From Octopus bimaculoides (Eukaryota): a stretch of 64,000 nucleotides of DNA. The notes beneath the pieces were generated by a model that searched no databases, was not told where the DNA came from, and saw nothing but the letters and a program-made list of their open reading frames with translations. Location: the NCBI RefSeq assembly GCF_001194135.2, contig NC_068982.1:107144064-107208063 (forward strand), written 5' to 3'. This document shows, piece by piece, positions 25,121-39,014 of the stretch; the first letter of the stretch is position 1, and each line of letters begins with the position of its first letter. The position numbers and the translations under genes are program-made.

Positions 25121-27266
25121 TAAACTTATAGGCTCGAGACAAACACTAAGTCTTACTTTTACTACGAGCTTTCCTTGCACAACTGAGCGCAGTACTAAAT
25201 GTCTTGGATACAGGCAATGCTTTTGTTTTGGCTTTATATTTTCTACTGTATTGAAAGTACTCAGTGTAATAAGCATACGATTTCTGGTAGCGAAACATAC
25301 TATGTTTTATGTATGTCCCAGGGTTTTAGTTATGTATTTGTCTGCATCTTTAATCATTCCCAAGCGACATATTATTATAATGATTTTATTCTGTTTTCAA
25401 TCTTCACATAGCTTCATTGTTTCTGGTGATGCGGAATTTCGTACGCTACATTTTCGTACTTTTTTCTTGCATCAAACTCACTGCACGACGTTTCTTTCAT
25501 CATTGCGTTGAATGATATGGTTTTAATTTGTATTGTATGTTCTTTTATGTTGTGTGTGTGTGTGTGGGGGGTCCGTCTGGAGTTAACTTGCCTAGCATAC
25601 CGTTTGTCTACATGTGGAAGCCAATTGACAACTAGCACACACATTTATAATACATTACTTAAATTAGGTACTTTTATTAGACTAGCATGTGGGACAAAAC
25701 GCTTAGCCTCATTTCTTGAAGTGAACCCATTATGTTCTGAGTTCAAACCACGCCGATATCAATATTGCCTTTCATCCTTTCGAGACTTATAAAATGAAGT
25801 ACAATATAGGGGTCGATGTAATCGATTATATCCCTCCCCTAAAATTGTTGGCCTTGTGTCAAAATTAGAAAGAATTATCGATGCTACTTTGGCGTATAAT
25901 CTGCAACATAAAGGGTGATTATTTTAGATTACCTTTTAGTTTACTTTTCAATTTCTAAAAACCCTTAACATGTTGGCTAAATTCTTTTGTACATACTTAG
26001 CATTGTAAATGTCTTTTTTCAAAATGCTTACTATTTTAAGACCGCGTTTCATTTATGTCTTTGTGAATAATAATAATAATACGAAACCAAAAATAAATCA
26101 TATAATACTTAAAATAGGCAAGTGGATCAATAGTCTGCGGTTTTAGGAGTAAAGATATTATCGTTGTTGTTCAGCCCAGGTTTGCTCTGATGAAATAGAC
26201 CTATGATCAAAAGCGTTGTAGATGTGACCATCTTTCTTTTCAGGGGTGTATCTAGGACTACATTATCTAATATGTCTCAGTATAGGATTGAGGGAGATTT
26301 GGATGTCCACCGAATATTCTTGTAGGTGCATAATATTTTTGTCAGAGGTTTTATACATTGTCATTTCCGAGTACTTTCCAGTAGTTCGTACTGTCTAGGC
26401 CATCTCTCAGGTTGTTCTTCCTTCCTCGGATTGCTCACATGTTGCAATGGTCTTTTCCCCATTCTCGTAACAGCGATCCATCTAATGACCTTACTATCCC
26501 CGGAAAATGTTCTGTTCCTCTTGCTGTTGACACTGCATATGTTTCTAGTTTGTCTTTACCTATTTTTTTAAAAAAAAAATTATAGAAAATTGTTTGCTGT
26601 TTGTGATGAAGTTATGGATTTATTCGAAGAAGTCTCGTCTCTAATCAATAACCAAGGATTATACGAGATTTAGCAACGATAAGCCCGCTTTGATTTCAGA
26701 CACTTATTTTTATAGTATTTACTACTCTTCTTTATTTTTTATATATATTTTTTTATGTTGTCAATCTCATTAAAAATTGTGATAATATATATTTTCTATC
26801 TCCCTGCAGGGTTGTTTTTCCATGTTGTTTTTAGTTTAGAAGTTATGATAAGTTTTAAGGAAGAACCCATATTTATCCGTAACTACTGCATTTATTGCAG
26901 ATGTTTTCGCTATATCCATAGAGGACTAGTTTTCATTTTTGTTGCTGTTTTTGTTGTTGTAGTTGTTATTTTGGTGATAAGTATATTTTGGGTGGGTTTT
27001 TCTTTGATCCTTCAGATTATCTGCTTTCGATTTTAATTTTCACTTTTAGATTAATATCAAGTTTCCAGCTTTAGATAATTTTTACTCTGAAATCGTTCAA
27101 GTATTCAGTTGCGCTGTTTTGACTTTTTTTTTCTGTTTATTATTTTGTAAGACCGCTGAGATTTGATTTTGTATTTTTTGCTGTTTTTGTTTGTATTTCT
27201 TGCGCTAAGTCATTTTCCTGGTTTATGTTTTTCTTAAATGTGTTTAGCTTTCATTCTTTTTGTACC

Positions 27267-27302
<36 letters not shown>

Positions 27303-28244
27303 GGGTGAGAGAGAGAGAGAAAGAGAGAGATGCATATATACGTGCATGCATGCATGCATACATACATACATACATACATACATTCTGTTTCTGTGTCCAA
27401 TATCCTTTTGATTTTAAGTATGTATCTTCTTAAATTAGCTACTGTGTGTTGTGCTCTAATGTTACATCTTCATCAACGTAATTTTTTCTCCATGCATTAT
27501 ATGCGTATGTTCTGAAAGCCTCATTTCAAATTGGATGAGCGAAGCTCTAGCCCACTCTATTGGATTATTCATAATTTGTCTGTTTTATTTGTGGGTTTTG
27601 AGGATAAAGTAAAGACTTTTATGTCTAGATAGACATAATTTTCATTGGTGGATTTGCTCACCTACACACTCTAGTCTCTATTCCAAAGAGGTGCTGCGAT
27701 CTCCCTCTATCCGTTCTAGAGCTACTTCAGTAGCCTCTCCCCTTCGGAGTTGGCTGGTTCTGCAAAATACCTGCGCACAACCATGCCAATTTAAATGGTG
27801 TCATACGACATTCAAATTTGATGACAAAACTACTCCAGTAGTTCTGTCTTCAACCATGGATTGCGTAGTTGTCAAACAGTAATTGCAGTACGTCTGTTTG
27901 TTTGTAGTTGATAATGTCTATGGTTGTTTTTAACCACCATCTTGCATCAAGAGCTAATTGACATGGATATATCCTTTATCACTTCTGCAATTTTTTGTTT
28001 ACGAATCCCATCCATTTATTATAATTTTTTTGTAGGCCTCCGCCGATTATTGTTGACTATGCATCTGCATATGTATCTGAAGAAACAGATTAAATTTCTA
28101 GAGGAATACTGAAGTTGCTCCTCTCCACGCCATTGATGTTTATCGAAAAGAAAGGCCATTGATTTAGCGCCGATACAGCTTGGCTCCTGTATTGTTGTAA
28201 GCATTGATATCAGAGGGTAAAAAGCTAAGACAAACACCACAAGG

Positions 28245-28410
28245 CATTTCGCTCGTCTCTAACACCACCGATCTGGATTGGTATTTTTTATCGATTCCGA
28301 AAGGATGAAAAGCAAAGACTTCAACGGGGTTTGAAATCAGAACGAAGCGAGTTAGAACGAATAGTGCGAAGCATTCTATCCAACACTCTACTAGCTTTAC
28401 CAATCCAAAC
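28245..28410 (-). mobile_element. Degenerate OK-like SINE
   Basis: gaaaggatgaaaagcaaagacttc...tttgaaatcagaacg matches the family consensus seen elsewhere in the window. Confidence 0.6.
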
Positions 28411-29880
28411 AACTTTTGTTACTTTAGAAAATATTACAAAAAATAACAAATAATTAACATTCTCGAAAATCGCACCGCGCTATTGTCAATAATAAAATGT
28501 AGGTTGAGTTTCAATTCGTCATCTTGAGAGATAAACTAATGCCAGTTGGATGCTGCAAGCAGGCTGAAAGAAAATATTAGGTGAAAGAGTAGTCAGTAGG
28601 TCGTAACCAGATTATTACATACATAACTACATCGCCGTTGAACATTACTGAGGGAACATGTGACCTGGCTACAGACCCTGTTATTTCACTTTCGTGTAAA
28701 GAACAGGTTCCTTTATTCAATATATTCGATGTAAGAATTAGAGTTAGAGGGTTAGAGAATGTAGGGTTAGAGTGTCTATCATCGCATTGAATTACGTGCA
28801 TTGAACTGTGAGTTTTGCATTTTCGAAATGTGGCAAGGTTAAGGAAATCAACATTTACGATCTGATTTAATGGTTGCTATAAAATTTATGTTAATACATG
28901 TGTGACTGATTAGTATGCTAACCTATAGTGAAAGTCATTCAGTCATCCTCATTCGGTAGGGATAAACTGATTAGTGACATTATCCAAAGAAATTTTATTA
29001 TGGACGGGATTTGAAAATGGCATCAACTTCGCTCATCCACAAAAGAACCTTTGTAGTTTTTGTCTAAGTTTCCCTCAAAGACAGAAAGGTGGAATCAACC
29101 ATTGCCTAGGGAGAGAACGAATTAGTTTAAGAATGTTATCAGGCAGCATTCTTTTATACATTCTATCGGTCTCAGTTATTGAACTGTAACCGTGCTGGGG
29201 CACGCTCACAAAGGTTCTCGCTGACCACATCAACCCTAATTCATATTTTAGTCTCGTATTTATTTTATCTATATACGTCGAATCACTAACTTACACTTTT
29301 ATTTTCACAACACCGATAAACATAACCATAAGTACACACACACACACACACACACATACACACACACACACACACACACGCACGCACATAGATACACGAA
29401 CGCGCGTGCGTCTGAGTCAGGTGATGACTCACATGAACGCAACAGAATGCATCACAACTCATCTTACTCGAAGTACATAACTCGTATAAAAGACCCAAAG
29501 AATAAGTAATTTCAAACAATTCAAAACTTAGCCAATGGGTGATTATTAATAATCTAAGATGAGACATTCGTCTCCAGAGAGAATGTCACAAAGAAGAAAT
29601 GGAATTTCGATACATCACTTTAAAGAAAATACGATTGCTATTACTTTACAGCTTTACAAGTTCTTCCACGCGAAAAGATTTCGTTTCTGTGTTATTCCAC
29701 TCCATCAAGCGAGGAAGAGAACGAGCTTTCTTGTGACCTGTTAACATAAAACATGCGGCGACGTGAGATACAGAATTTGACCGGACAAACGTCCCGAAAC
29801 AAGTGACTTTGTAGCAACCGGGAAAGTTTTTTGTCCTTCGAGATTGTGGACACTTTGTAAAGTGCTCAGCAAAGAATGAA

Positions 29881-30112
29881 ACTCTTGGCCAAAAGTTACC
29901 TGACAGTAAATCAAAACCATTTAATTCCAAGGATTATTTATGTTTAAAAACTGAATGAATTTAATAAATGCAACTCAATATGAAACATCATGAAAATTGT
30001 TCAAACTGAAATCCTTCTTGAGCGACACATTTTCCCGTTCGAGTCAATACAGAATTACAAATGATATTTATGGAATTTTGATTTACTGTCGGGTGACTTT
30101 TGGCCAACCCTG
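29881..30112. mobile_element. Short Tc1/mariner-type MITE (about 230 bp)
   Basis: TIRs ttggccaaaagttacctgacagtaaatcaaaa and ttttgatttactgtcgggtgacttttggccaaccctg followed by TA. The same TIR recurs alone at about 60800-60838. Confidence 0.75.
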
Positions 30113-30889
30113 TATATAGTCATGTGTTCAGTTTCTGTCTATCAAATTCTATAAACAAGGTATAAGTCAACTCGAAGTTACGCCAAAAGTACCGCGCAGG
30201 AGAATCGAACCTTACATCATGTAGTTGCAAAGTGAACTCATTAGCATAACTTGTCCCCATGTAACATTGCAGAATTAATTAATATTCAATTTGAAACTTA
30301 AAGACTTTCTTTAAACAATATTTGAAATATTTATTGATCATAAATATGAAGATATTACATTTACATCGCATTAATAGATGACCATAAGAGGACGCTCTTA
30401 TGCAGTGACTCAACCCGCTAAAAGTAGCTGCCAAATCACTCTCAAGTTACAAGAAATGACGAGATTGTAACAGCTGGAGAGCGGGGCAGCTAAAGTGTAT
30501 TCCTACAGGGTGAGCTCTTGAATCTACTTTCTCCCCTTCTAGGGCACCCAAGCATAGGCTTTTACAGTTGACCCAAAAGGGTCATAAATCCTCGACCGGG
30601 ATGGACTGCCTGCGTTACAGCAATTGGAACGTCTTTGATCAAAATCTCCTGAATCAAGATTGATCTTGAGCTTAACAATAAGTTGCTTCAAGTTCAATCC
30701 TAATATTGATTTGCCGTTAAACGGTAGCTTGATAGAAACTATAGAAGTCTTGAAACGGGATGGAAGTCCTGCTAGAATTAGGTAAATAACTGGAATGATT
30801 ACATCAGGATTAAACATTATAAAAAAACAGCACCTGAAAGGTAACGTTTTCAAGAACGATCATTTATGTAAGATGTCTCACTAATATGA

Positions 30890-31087
30890 CTGGCACAAGG
30901 CCAGTCATTTCGGGGAGAGGACAGGTCAATTACATTGACCCAGTGCTCAACTGGTACTCATTTGATCATTCCCGAAAAGATAAAAGATAAAATCGACTAC
31001 GACGGAATTTGAACTCAGAATGTAAAGACGGACGAAATGCAGTGAAGCATTTTGCCCAGCACTCTACCGATCCCACCAGCTCGCCAC
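30890..31087 (-). mobile_element. OK-like SINE (left member of a head-to-head inverted pair)
   Basis: Family consensus on the minus strand. Confidence 0.8.
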
Positions 31088-31124
31088 GTCATATAACCCA
31101 CTCTAATATTAAATAGTTGACTAA

Positions 31125-31334
31125 GGCGGCGTGCTGGCAGAATCATTAGCACACTGGGCGAAATGCTTAGCGATATTTCGTCTGCTATTACGTTCTGAGT
31201 TCAAATTCCGCCGAGGTCGACTTTGCCGTTTATCTTTTCGGGGTCGATAAAATAAGATATTGTTGAACACTGGGGTCGATGCAATCGACTAGTCCGCTCA
31301 CTCGAAGTTGCTGGCCTTGTGCCAAAATTTGAAA
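31125..31334 (+). mobile_element. OK-like SINE (right member of the inverted pair)
   Basis: ggcggcgtgctggcagaatcattagc...gttctgagttcaaattccgccgaggtcgac. Confidence 0.85.
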
Positions 31335-31689
31335 AATATTGTATAGTTAACTATTTCACAAGTTTCTCTATTTAAGTGCACGACAATGTTTCAGTTTATT
31401 TCGGTCGTAGCCTCAGCAGTTCATTTCAATAATAAATGTGAAAAATAAACTATTGAACTATAGTATACGATGTTGAACTAAATCTTTTAATACGTCTTCA
31501 CGTATTACGATTGTATTTCAATTTTCTTCATTCATATAGTGGCGAGAATTTTCATATTTTCAATTAATTTTGAAAGATTTCTCAAAAGAATCTGATAATA
31601 TGTGACACGCTGCCACTTTTCACAGCTCACTGGCCACTTGTCTCAGTCTCAGTTTGACTCTGGTAGTAAATGCTACATAAAAGAAATAA

Positions 31690-32352
31690 CTCTTATTGTA
31701 TTTGAACATTTGACAAATGTGGAAGAAAAAAATAAACTCTTATTTTCCGTCATTGAGCACAGAAGAATATGATTGGGTTCGAAATCCCTTCATAAAATTC
31801 CATCTAATATTGGTCTGAAAATATGTGAAGAAGAGGCATTGACATCTATATCCATGATCACAGACTTAAAATAAAATATGCTGTGTTGAGTTACCTATTG
31901 ATACATTTTGGGTTGCTATTATAGGAGAATACCCCTCAGTAGCAAAAAAAAAAAGCTTTATCCGATTTGATGCAGTTTTCCATATCATATTTATGTGAGT
32001 TGGGATTTTCAACCTTCAGTAACATCAAAAAAAGAAAGAGTCTCTATTGCATTGAAGAAGAAATAAGGGTTTGTCTTTCTCGAATACGTCCCAATATTGA
32101 AAACGTTTCCAAAAAAACATCAAGCGCATGTTTCTTATTGATAACCTTGCTTCATATATTGAATAAAAAGTAAGTACGTGCACTTTTTCTGTATTTTTAA
32201 TTATCTATATATAACTTTACAGTTTATGCTATGCTAATATGTATAAAGTCCCTTTTGAATAAATTTTAGAATTTATGCACAAAGTCCACCAAAATATTTT
32301 GACTTCTTGTAAGGTGCGCCGTGAGTAAAAAAAAAAAGTTTGGGAACCATAG
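31690..32352 (+). mobile_element. hAT (Buster/Charlie-type) transposon 3' fragment
   Basis: INSYFPSLSTEEYDWVRNPF and QFSISYLCELGFSTFSNIK...EEEIRVCLSRIRPNIE (hAT dimerisation region). The 3' end ggtgcgccgtgag...tttgggaacca resembles the Buster TIR. Confidence 0.85.
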
Positions 32353-32944
32353 GACTAGACCCTATGACTGAAACAAGTGAAAGATAAAAGATACACAGGT
32401 CAATTATTTTATATTCATTTCTCTATATGACAGAACCGGTAAAGCGCTGGAAAAAAATGTTTTCAGAACCAATTGAATCCAATTTCCTTTTACACTATTA
32501 CGCTACCAATTACACTTTTACACTACCAATTTATTTATTTATTCATTCATTTATTATCTATTTATTCTCCATCACACCCTCTCAGCCAAGGTCTAGGGCA
32601 AGCCCCCCCGACTTGTTAAGTATCAGTTAATTTCTTTGTCAAAAGTACAGTAGGTCAAGTTGTCGCGGTCTTTCCTTAATATGACATTTTTAAGTGTGGC
32701 AATGACATGCCTTGTAAAGTCACTTCCTTTTTCTATGACTTTTATATTAGCCATGTATGGGAACAAAAGTTTCTAGAAAATAATGCAAGTCAACACAGAT
32801 TTTTGTAGGTACAATTACGAAGAATATTATATCACTCACAAGTCTTCTATGATTTTTCTCTCTTTCTTTCCTATCATGTTTACTTTTCTTTCACTCTCTT
32901 CTTTCTGTTTCAGTTTTGTCTTGCCCAGTCTCTCCAATCCGCCT

Positions 32945-34180
<1,236 letters not shown>

Positions 34181-34461
34181 GTTGTCACCTTCATTAATGG
34201 CTCTCTCTTTCTCTCTTTCTTTCTCTCTTTCTTTCTCTCACTTCTTGTCACATCTAATGTCACTTTCATCTCCTTACCATTTCCCATAATCCCCCATTCA
34301 TTTCCTGACCCTATATATTTATACCCGTCTACTTCTCCCTTCCTCTTTTCTCAAATTCTATTTCCTCACCAGTCTCCACTTTGAACCTTGGTTTATATCA
34401 TTCTTTGCCTTTATTAAACTGAACTCAACATAATGTATAGCCACTTACTACTCTATGAAAG

Positions 34462-34845
34462 TGGAGGCGCAATGGCCCAGTGGTTAGGGCAGCGGACTCG
34501 CGGTCATAGGATCGCGGTTTCGATTCCCAGACCGGGCGTTGTGAGTGTTTATTGAGCGAAAACACCTAAAGCTCCACGAGGCTCCGGCAGGGAATGGTGG
34601 CGAACCCTGCTGTACTCTTTGACCACAACTTTCTCTCACTCTTACTTCCTGTTTCTGTTGTGCTTGTAATTCAAAGGGCCAGCCTTGTCACACTGTGTCA
34701 CGCTGAATATCTCCGAGAACTACGTTAAGGGTACACGTGTCTATGGAGTGCTCAGCCACTTGCACGTTAATTTCACGAGCAGGCTGTTCCGTTGATTGGA
34801 TCAAGTGGAACCCTCGACGTCGTAAGCGACGGAGTGCCAACAACA
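34462..34845 (+). mobile_element. Young full-length tRNA-derived SINE with (CAA)n tail and perfect 12-bp TSD
   Basis: A box tggcccagtgg, B box ggtttcgattccc, tail ...gacggagtgccaacaacaac. TSD actctatgaaag at 34450-34461 and 34846-34857. Confidence 0.9.
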
Positions 34846-34897
34846 ACTCTATGAAAGGCTCTGCGTTCATATCCTACACGTTGTTAGTTCGTAACAA

Positions 34898-35200
34898 GTG
34901 AAGGCGTGTAGCTTAGTCATTAGGATATTCGGTTTATGATCGTGAGTTCGATTCCCGGCGGTGCATTGTGTCTCTGAGCAAGACGCTTTATTTTTCCGTT
35001 GCCCCAGTTCACTCAACAGGCAAAAATGAGCAATACCTATAATTCAAAGGGCCAGCCTGACCACATTCTGTGTCACGCTGAATCTCCTTGAGAACTGCGT
35101 TAAGGGTATGCGTGTCTGTGGAGTGCTCAGCCACTTACACGTTAATTTCACAATCGGATCAACTGGGACCCTCACCGTTGTAACCGACAGAATGCCGGTT
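34898..35200 (+). mobile_element. Older SINE sharing the 3' half of 34462-34845 but with a different middle
   Basis: From aattcaaagggccagcc onward it aligns with 34670-34835. The head and middle differ. Another decayed tail lies at about 8675-8800. Confidence 0.7.
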
Positions 35201-35464
35201 CTTATCTAGTTTTAGTCACCACGGTTAAGGCCAGATCAGGGTGTCTCCTATAAATGTTCGTTAATAATTGTTATGTAGATGGCCTATACCGGCTAGGGAA
35301 ACAGAAACTGTATCGCGGTTTCGATTCTCAGATAAATTTAATTCCTCTCTTTCAATTCATTCACATCGCTAACTTCATTAATGCATTAATGCTACATTAT
35401 CGAAATTGTTCTCTCTTAAGAAGAGACTTATGATTCGTCGGAATAAACTCGTTTATGACTTTGA

Positions 35465-35835
35465 GGTTAAGAAGCTCACTTGAAACCATGTGATTTCGGG
35501 TTCAGTTTCATTGCACAGCACTTTGGACCAGTGTCTTCTATTATAACCCCAGGCGAGCCAATGCTTTGTGAGTGAATATGGAAGATAGAAAGAGAGTGAA
35601 GCCTATAGTATATACATGTATGTGTGTCTTTGTGTTTGTGTTTATCTTCTCACACCGCTTCACATCTGTTGTTGGTTTGTTTGTGTCACCGTAACTTAGC
35701 GGTTCGACAAAAGTCACTGATGGAATATGCATCAGATTTTTAAAAATAAGTACTGGGGTTGATCGGCTCGACTAAATCCTTCAAAGTGGTACTCAACCAT
35801 GGTCGTAGTCTAACGACTGAAACAAGTAAAAGGCA
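35465..35835 (+). mobile_element. Degenerate OR/CORE-like SINE
   Basis: ggttcagtttcattgcacagcactttggaccagtgtcttct...cgtaacttagcggttcgacaaaag...gactgaaacaagtaaaag. Confidence 0.7.
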
Positions 35836-36169
35836 AAAGAAAGATATTACTGGTATTTAGTTTATTAATGCGAAAGAAATAAGAAGCTGAACAGAGATAG
35901 TGCAAAGCAGCGGCAATGCACAGCTGTCTATTGTTAACGACAGATGAATGGATATAAGCTTCTGCATAACTGCTTGACCGACCCAATATAGCAGCTAAGC
36001 TTCCATAAGCAAATTTCCTATGGTAAGTTTTAAATGGGAACTACTACGTATTTTGGGAACAAAAGCCTAGAACAACATCTACTACTGTAAAAAACACAAA
36101 AAAAAGGATGACCATCCCTCGTAATTTTTTTTGTTTCATTCGTTTTTGTCTGTCTTTTCTTTTCTCTTT

Positions 36170-36320
36170 TGCTTAATGCATATGCGTGTATGTAAGTATG
36201 TGTGTATGTATGTATGCATACATGTATGTATGCATGTATGTATGCATACATGTATGTATGCATGTATGTATGTATGTGTGTGTGTATGCATGCATACATG
36301 TATGTCTGTATGTATGCATG

Positions 36321-36351
<31 letters not shown>

Positions 36352-36400
36352 GCATGTCTGTATGCATGTGCATGTGTGTACGTGCGTGCGTATGTACGTG
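36170..36400. repeat. Degenerate (TATG/CATG)n array
   Basis: Direct reading. Confidence 0.95.
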
Positions 36401-36484
36401 TCTTTGAAAATATGCCATCATCAAAAGAAATCGCCAATCCGGTTCCAGTTCCTGTTTCACTTTAAATTATATAGAGAGGAAGAG

Positions 36485-36960
36485 GGCCAGCACCCCAACC
36501 TTTGCAATAGCTGCAAGACTAGTGAGGTCGATGCAGTTGATATTTAGTTTGAAGGTTTGCAAGCTGACACCGATATGAAAGTCTTGAGCATGGAGTCAGT
36601 CCCTGATGGTTTTAGTTTTGGAGATAAATGATTGAGGGATGTGTGTAGCGCACGTTTTGCGAGTGAGGGGAAAGAAAGTCGGGATGATGAAAGCAAGTGA
36701 AATGGCTGGGCTAAGATGGATTGGTTCATAGCTAGCTAATTAAGTGTAGCAGGAAATGTTTTTGCAGAACAGATTAACAGAACAGATGTTGGCTTTGAAG
36801 GAAAACTTCCCGATCAGGCGGATGTCCTTGTTTGGATGCGGACGAGATTGTTACTGCGTAACTGCCAATCCATCGCAGATATGAAAGCACTGCTACATTG
36901 TGAATCGTTGTTTAGTCCCAGGTCAATTCTGATAGAAAATACCTATTTATGTTCTTATAA
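36485..36960 (-). mobile_element. Degraded CR1/L2-like LINE 3' end
   Basis: Minus frame LQTFKLNINCIDL resembles the C-terminal L..FK..IN.I.L of CR1/L2 ORF2. Otherwise heavily decayed. Confidence 0.4.
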
Positions 36961-36963
36961 AGG

Positions 36964-37403
36964 AAGAAAAAGAAAATGGAGATTGGGAAGTTAATAATTG
37001 TTTATTATTAACAGCAAATTAATCATCATCACTTACAGCTGTTTCAATTAATACTCAGTATATATTAAGTAAGTATTAAATTGATATGACCTGAGCATAA
37101 TATCTTCAGAGGGTAAAAATATACCCTTGGATGTTTTATATGTGTTTATGGATTCATTATAGCAGACTATAAAGAATCCATAAACACAGATAAAACATTA
37201 ATGCTATAATGAATTCATAAAAACATATAAAACATCCAAGGGTATATTTTTTCCCCTCAGAAGATATTATGCTCAGGTCATATAAATTTAATATTTACTT
37301 AATATTTACTGAGTATTAATTGAAACAGCTGTAAGTGATGATGATTAATTTGCTGTTGATAATAAGCAAATATTAACTTCCCAATCTCCATTTTCTTTTT
37401 CTT
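36964..37403. repeat. Long foldback inverted repeat (about 200-bp arms, 37-bp spacer) carrying a hammerhead-like motif
   Basis: Arm 36964-37164 is the near-exact reverse complement of 37202-37403, with about ten scattered differences. The arms contain CTGAAGA...GAAACAGCTGTA. Confidence 0.9.
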
Positions 37404-37424
37404 GAACGCGACGCATCCATTTTC

Positions 37425-37559
<135 letters not shown>

Positions 37560-38753
37560 AATACATACATATGTATTTGTATGTGTGTGTGTGTATTCTT
37601 TTTCTTTTTACTTGTTTCAGTCATTTGACTGCGACCATGCTGGAGCACAGCTTTAAAGGGTTTTTTAGTTGAAGAAATCTACCCCAGGATTTATTCTTTG
37701 TAAGCCTAGTACTTGTTCTATCGTTCTCTTTTACCGAATCGCTAAGTTACGGGGACGTAAACACACCAATATATATGACTAACTATATAAATGACTAACT
37801 ACATGGTTGCTAATAACAAATTACAAATTTTTATTTAGCCTGTCGGCTAAATGCAGCATCCATGATTTTTCAATCACTTTTAACTAAATCATTAACGACC
37901 GATCGTTTCCTCGCATGTAGTGCCAGTCGATATTTGCTACTGACGAAGATCAAAGAAGCAGAATTATATTTTAGTAATGCCGGACGATTTTCATCTGCTG
38001 CTGACATATTTCTCTATATGATAACGCTATACGTTCTTAAGAGACATGCTTTCTCGATGCAAGTACTAGTTTTGTAGGTTTTCAATAATACATTTGTATT
38101 AAGTTTGATACACAGACTGCTTTTGTCCAATGTGTTATTTCTTTTTTAAAGATGGTAGCTAGTGTATGAGGATATGAGGGAAATTTGGTTGTTATTTCTG
38201 ATAAGTCGACCGACTGCATTGAGGTTTCTCTGTTCTCTAGTAATATGGTTCGTTCTTATGCTTTGTAAACGGTCTACAACGAATTAGAGTATTTTTTAGC
38301 GTCGCAAAGGAAAACTAGCATTCAAGGCATTTCCTTTCTTTGTAGTCTTATGAAGATCATAAACGTCACAAGATTCCTATTATTTTAGAACTGAATACAT
38401 TGCGACTCCATACGAATCAATATTTAGATAGGAAATTCTTAAACCACACAATCTACCACCCACTTTCAATATCCTGCTAAAGTTTCTTTGCGCTGCTGAC
38501 GTCGTAGAGAAATGCAAAAATACAACCAGTTCCTACTTCCGGTTTCCTATATCTTTGTAAGAAAGAGCATTATATTACACATATACTTAAAAGCAGAGTA
38601 TGCCGAGGAAACACACTCCCTTCATGTCAAACATTTTCCAAACAAATGAATAGAAATAAGTGAAAAAAGGAACAGTCTGTTCTAACATACAGCTGTGTGG
38701 TTTTGGGTCAAGAAGTCAATGAATAATATAGTGATAACGTCACCCACACCCAG

Positions 38754-38811
<58 letters not shown>

Positions 38812-38835
38812 CGTCTGTCTGTCTGTGTTTGTGCG

Positions 38836-38882
<47 letters not shown>

Positions 38883-38929
38883 GTCTATCTGTCTGTCTGT
38901 CTGTCTGTCTGTCTGTATGTGTTTGTGCG

Positions 38930-38999
<70 letters not shown>

Positions 39000-39008
39000 A
39001 AACTATCT
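38754..39008. repeat. Compound (CTAT)n-(CTGT)n-gtgtttgtgcgt higher-order microsatellite
   Basis: Two compound units here and a third at 42113-42265. Confidence 0.9.
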
Positions 39009-39014
39009 AAACAA

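Noticed and set aside
29085-29140. Minus-strand RQWLIP resembling DNase I FQWLIP
   Set aside because: No GD.N motif upstream, a stop four codons later, and the wrong order relative to exon 2.
34462-34535. tRNA-like sequence with good A and B boxes
   Set aside because: It continues into a SINE body with tail and TSD, so it is a SINE head and not a tRNA gene.
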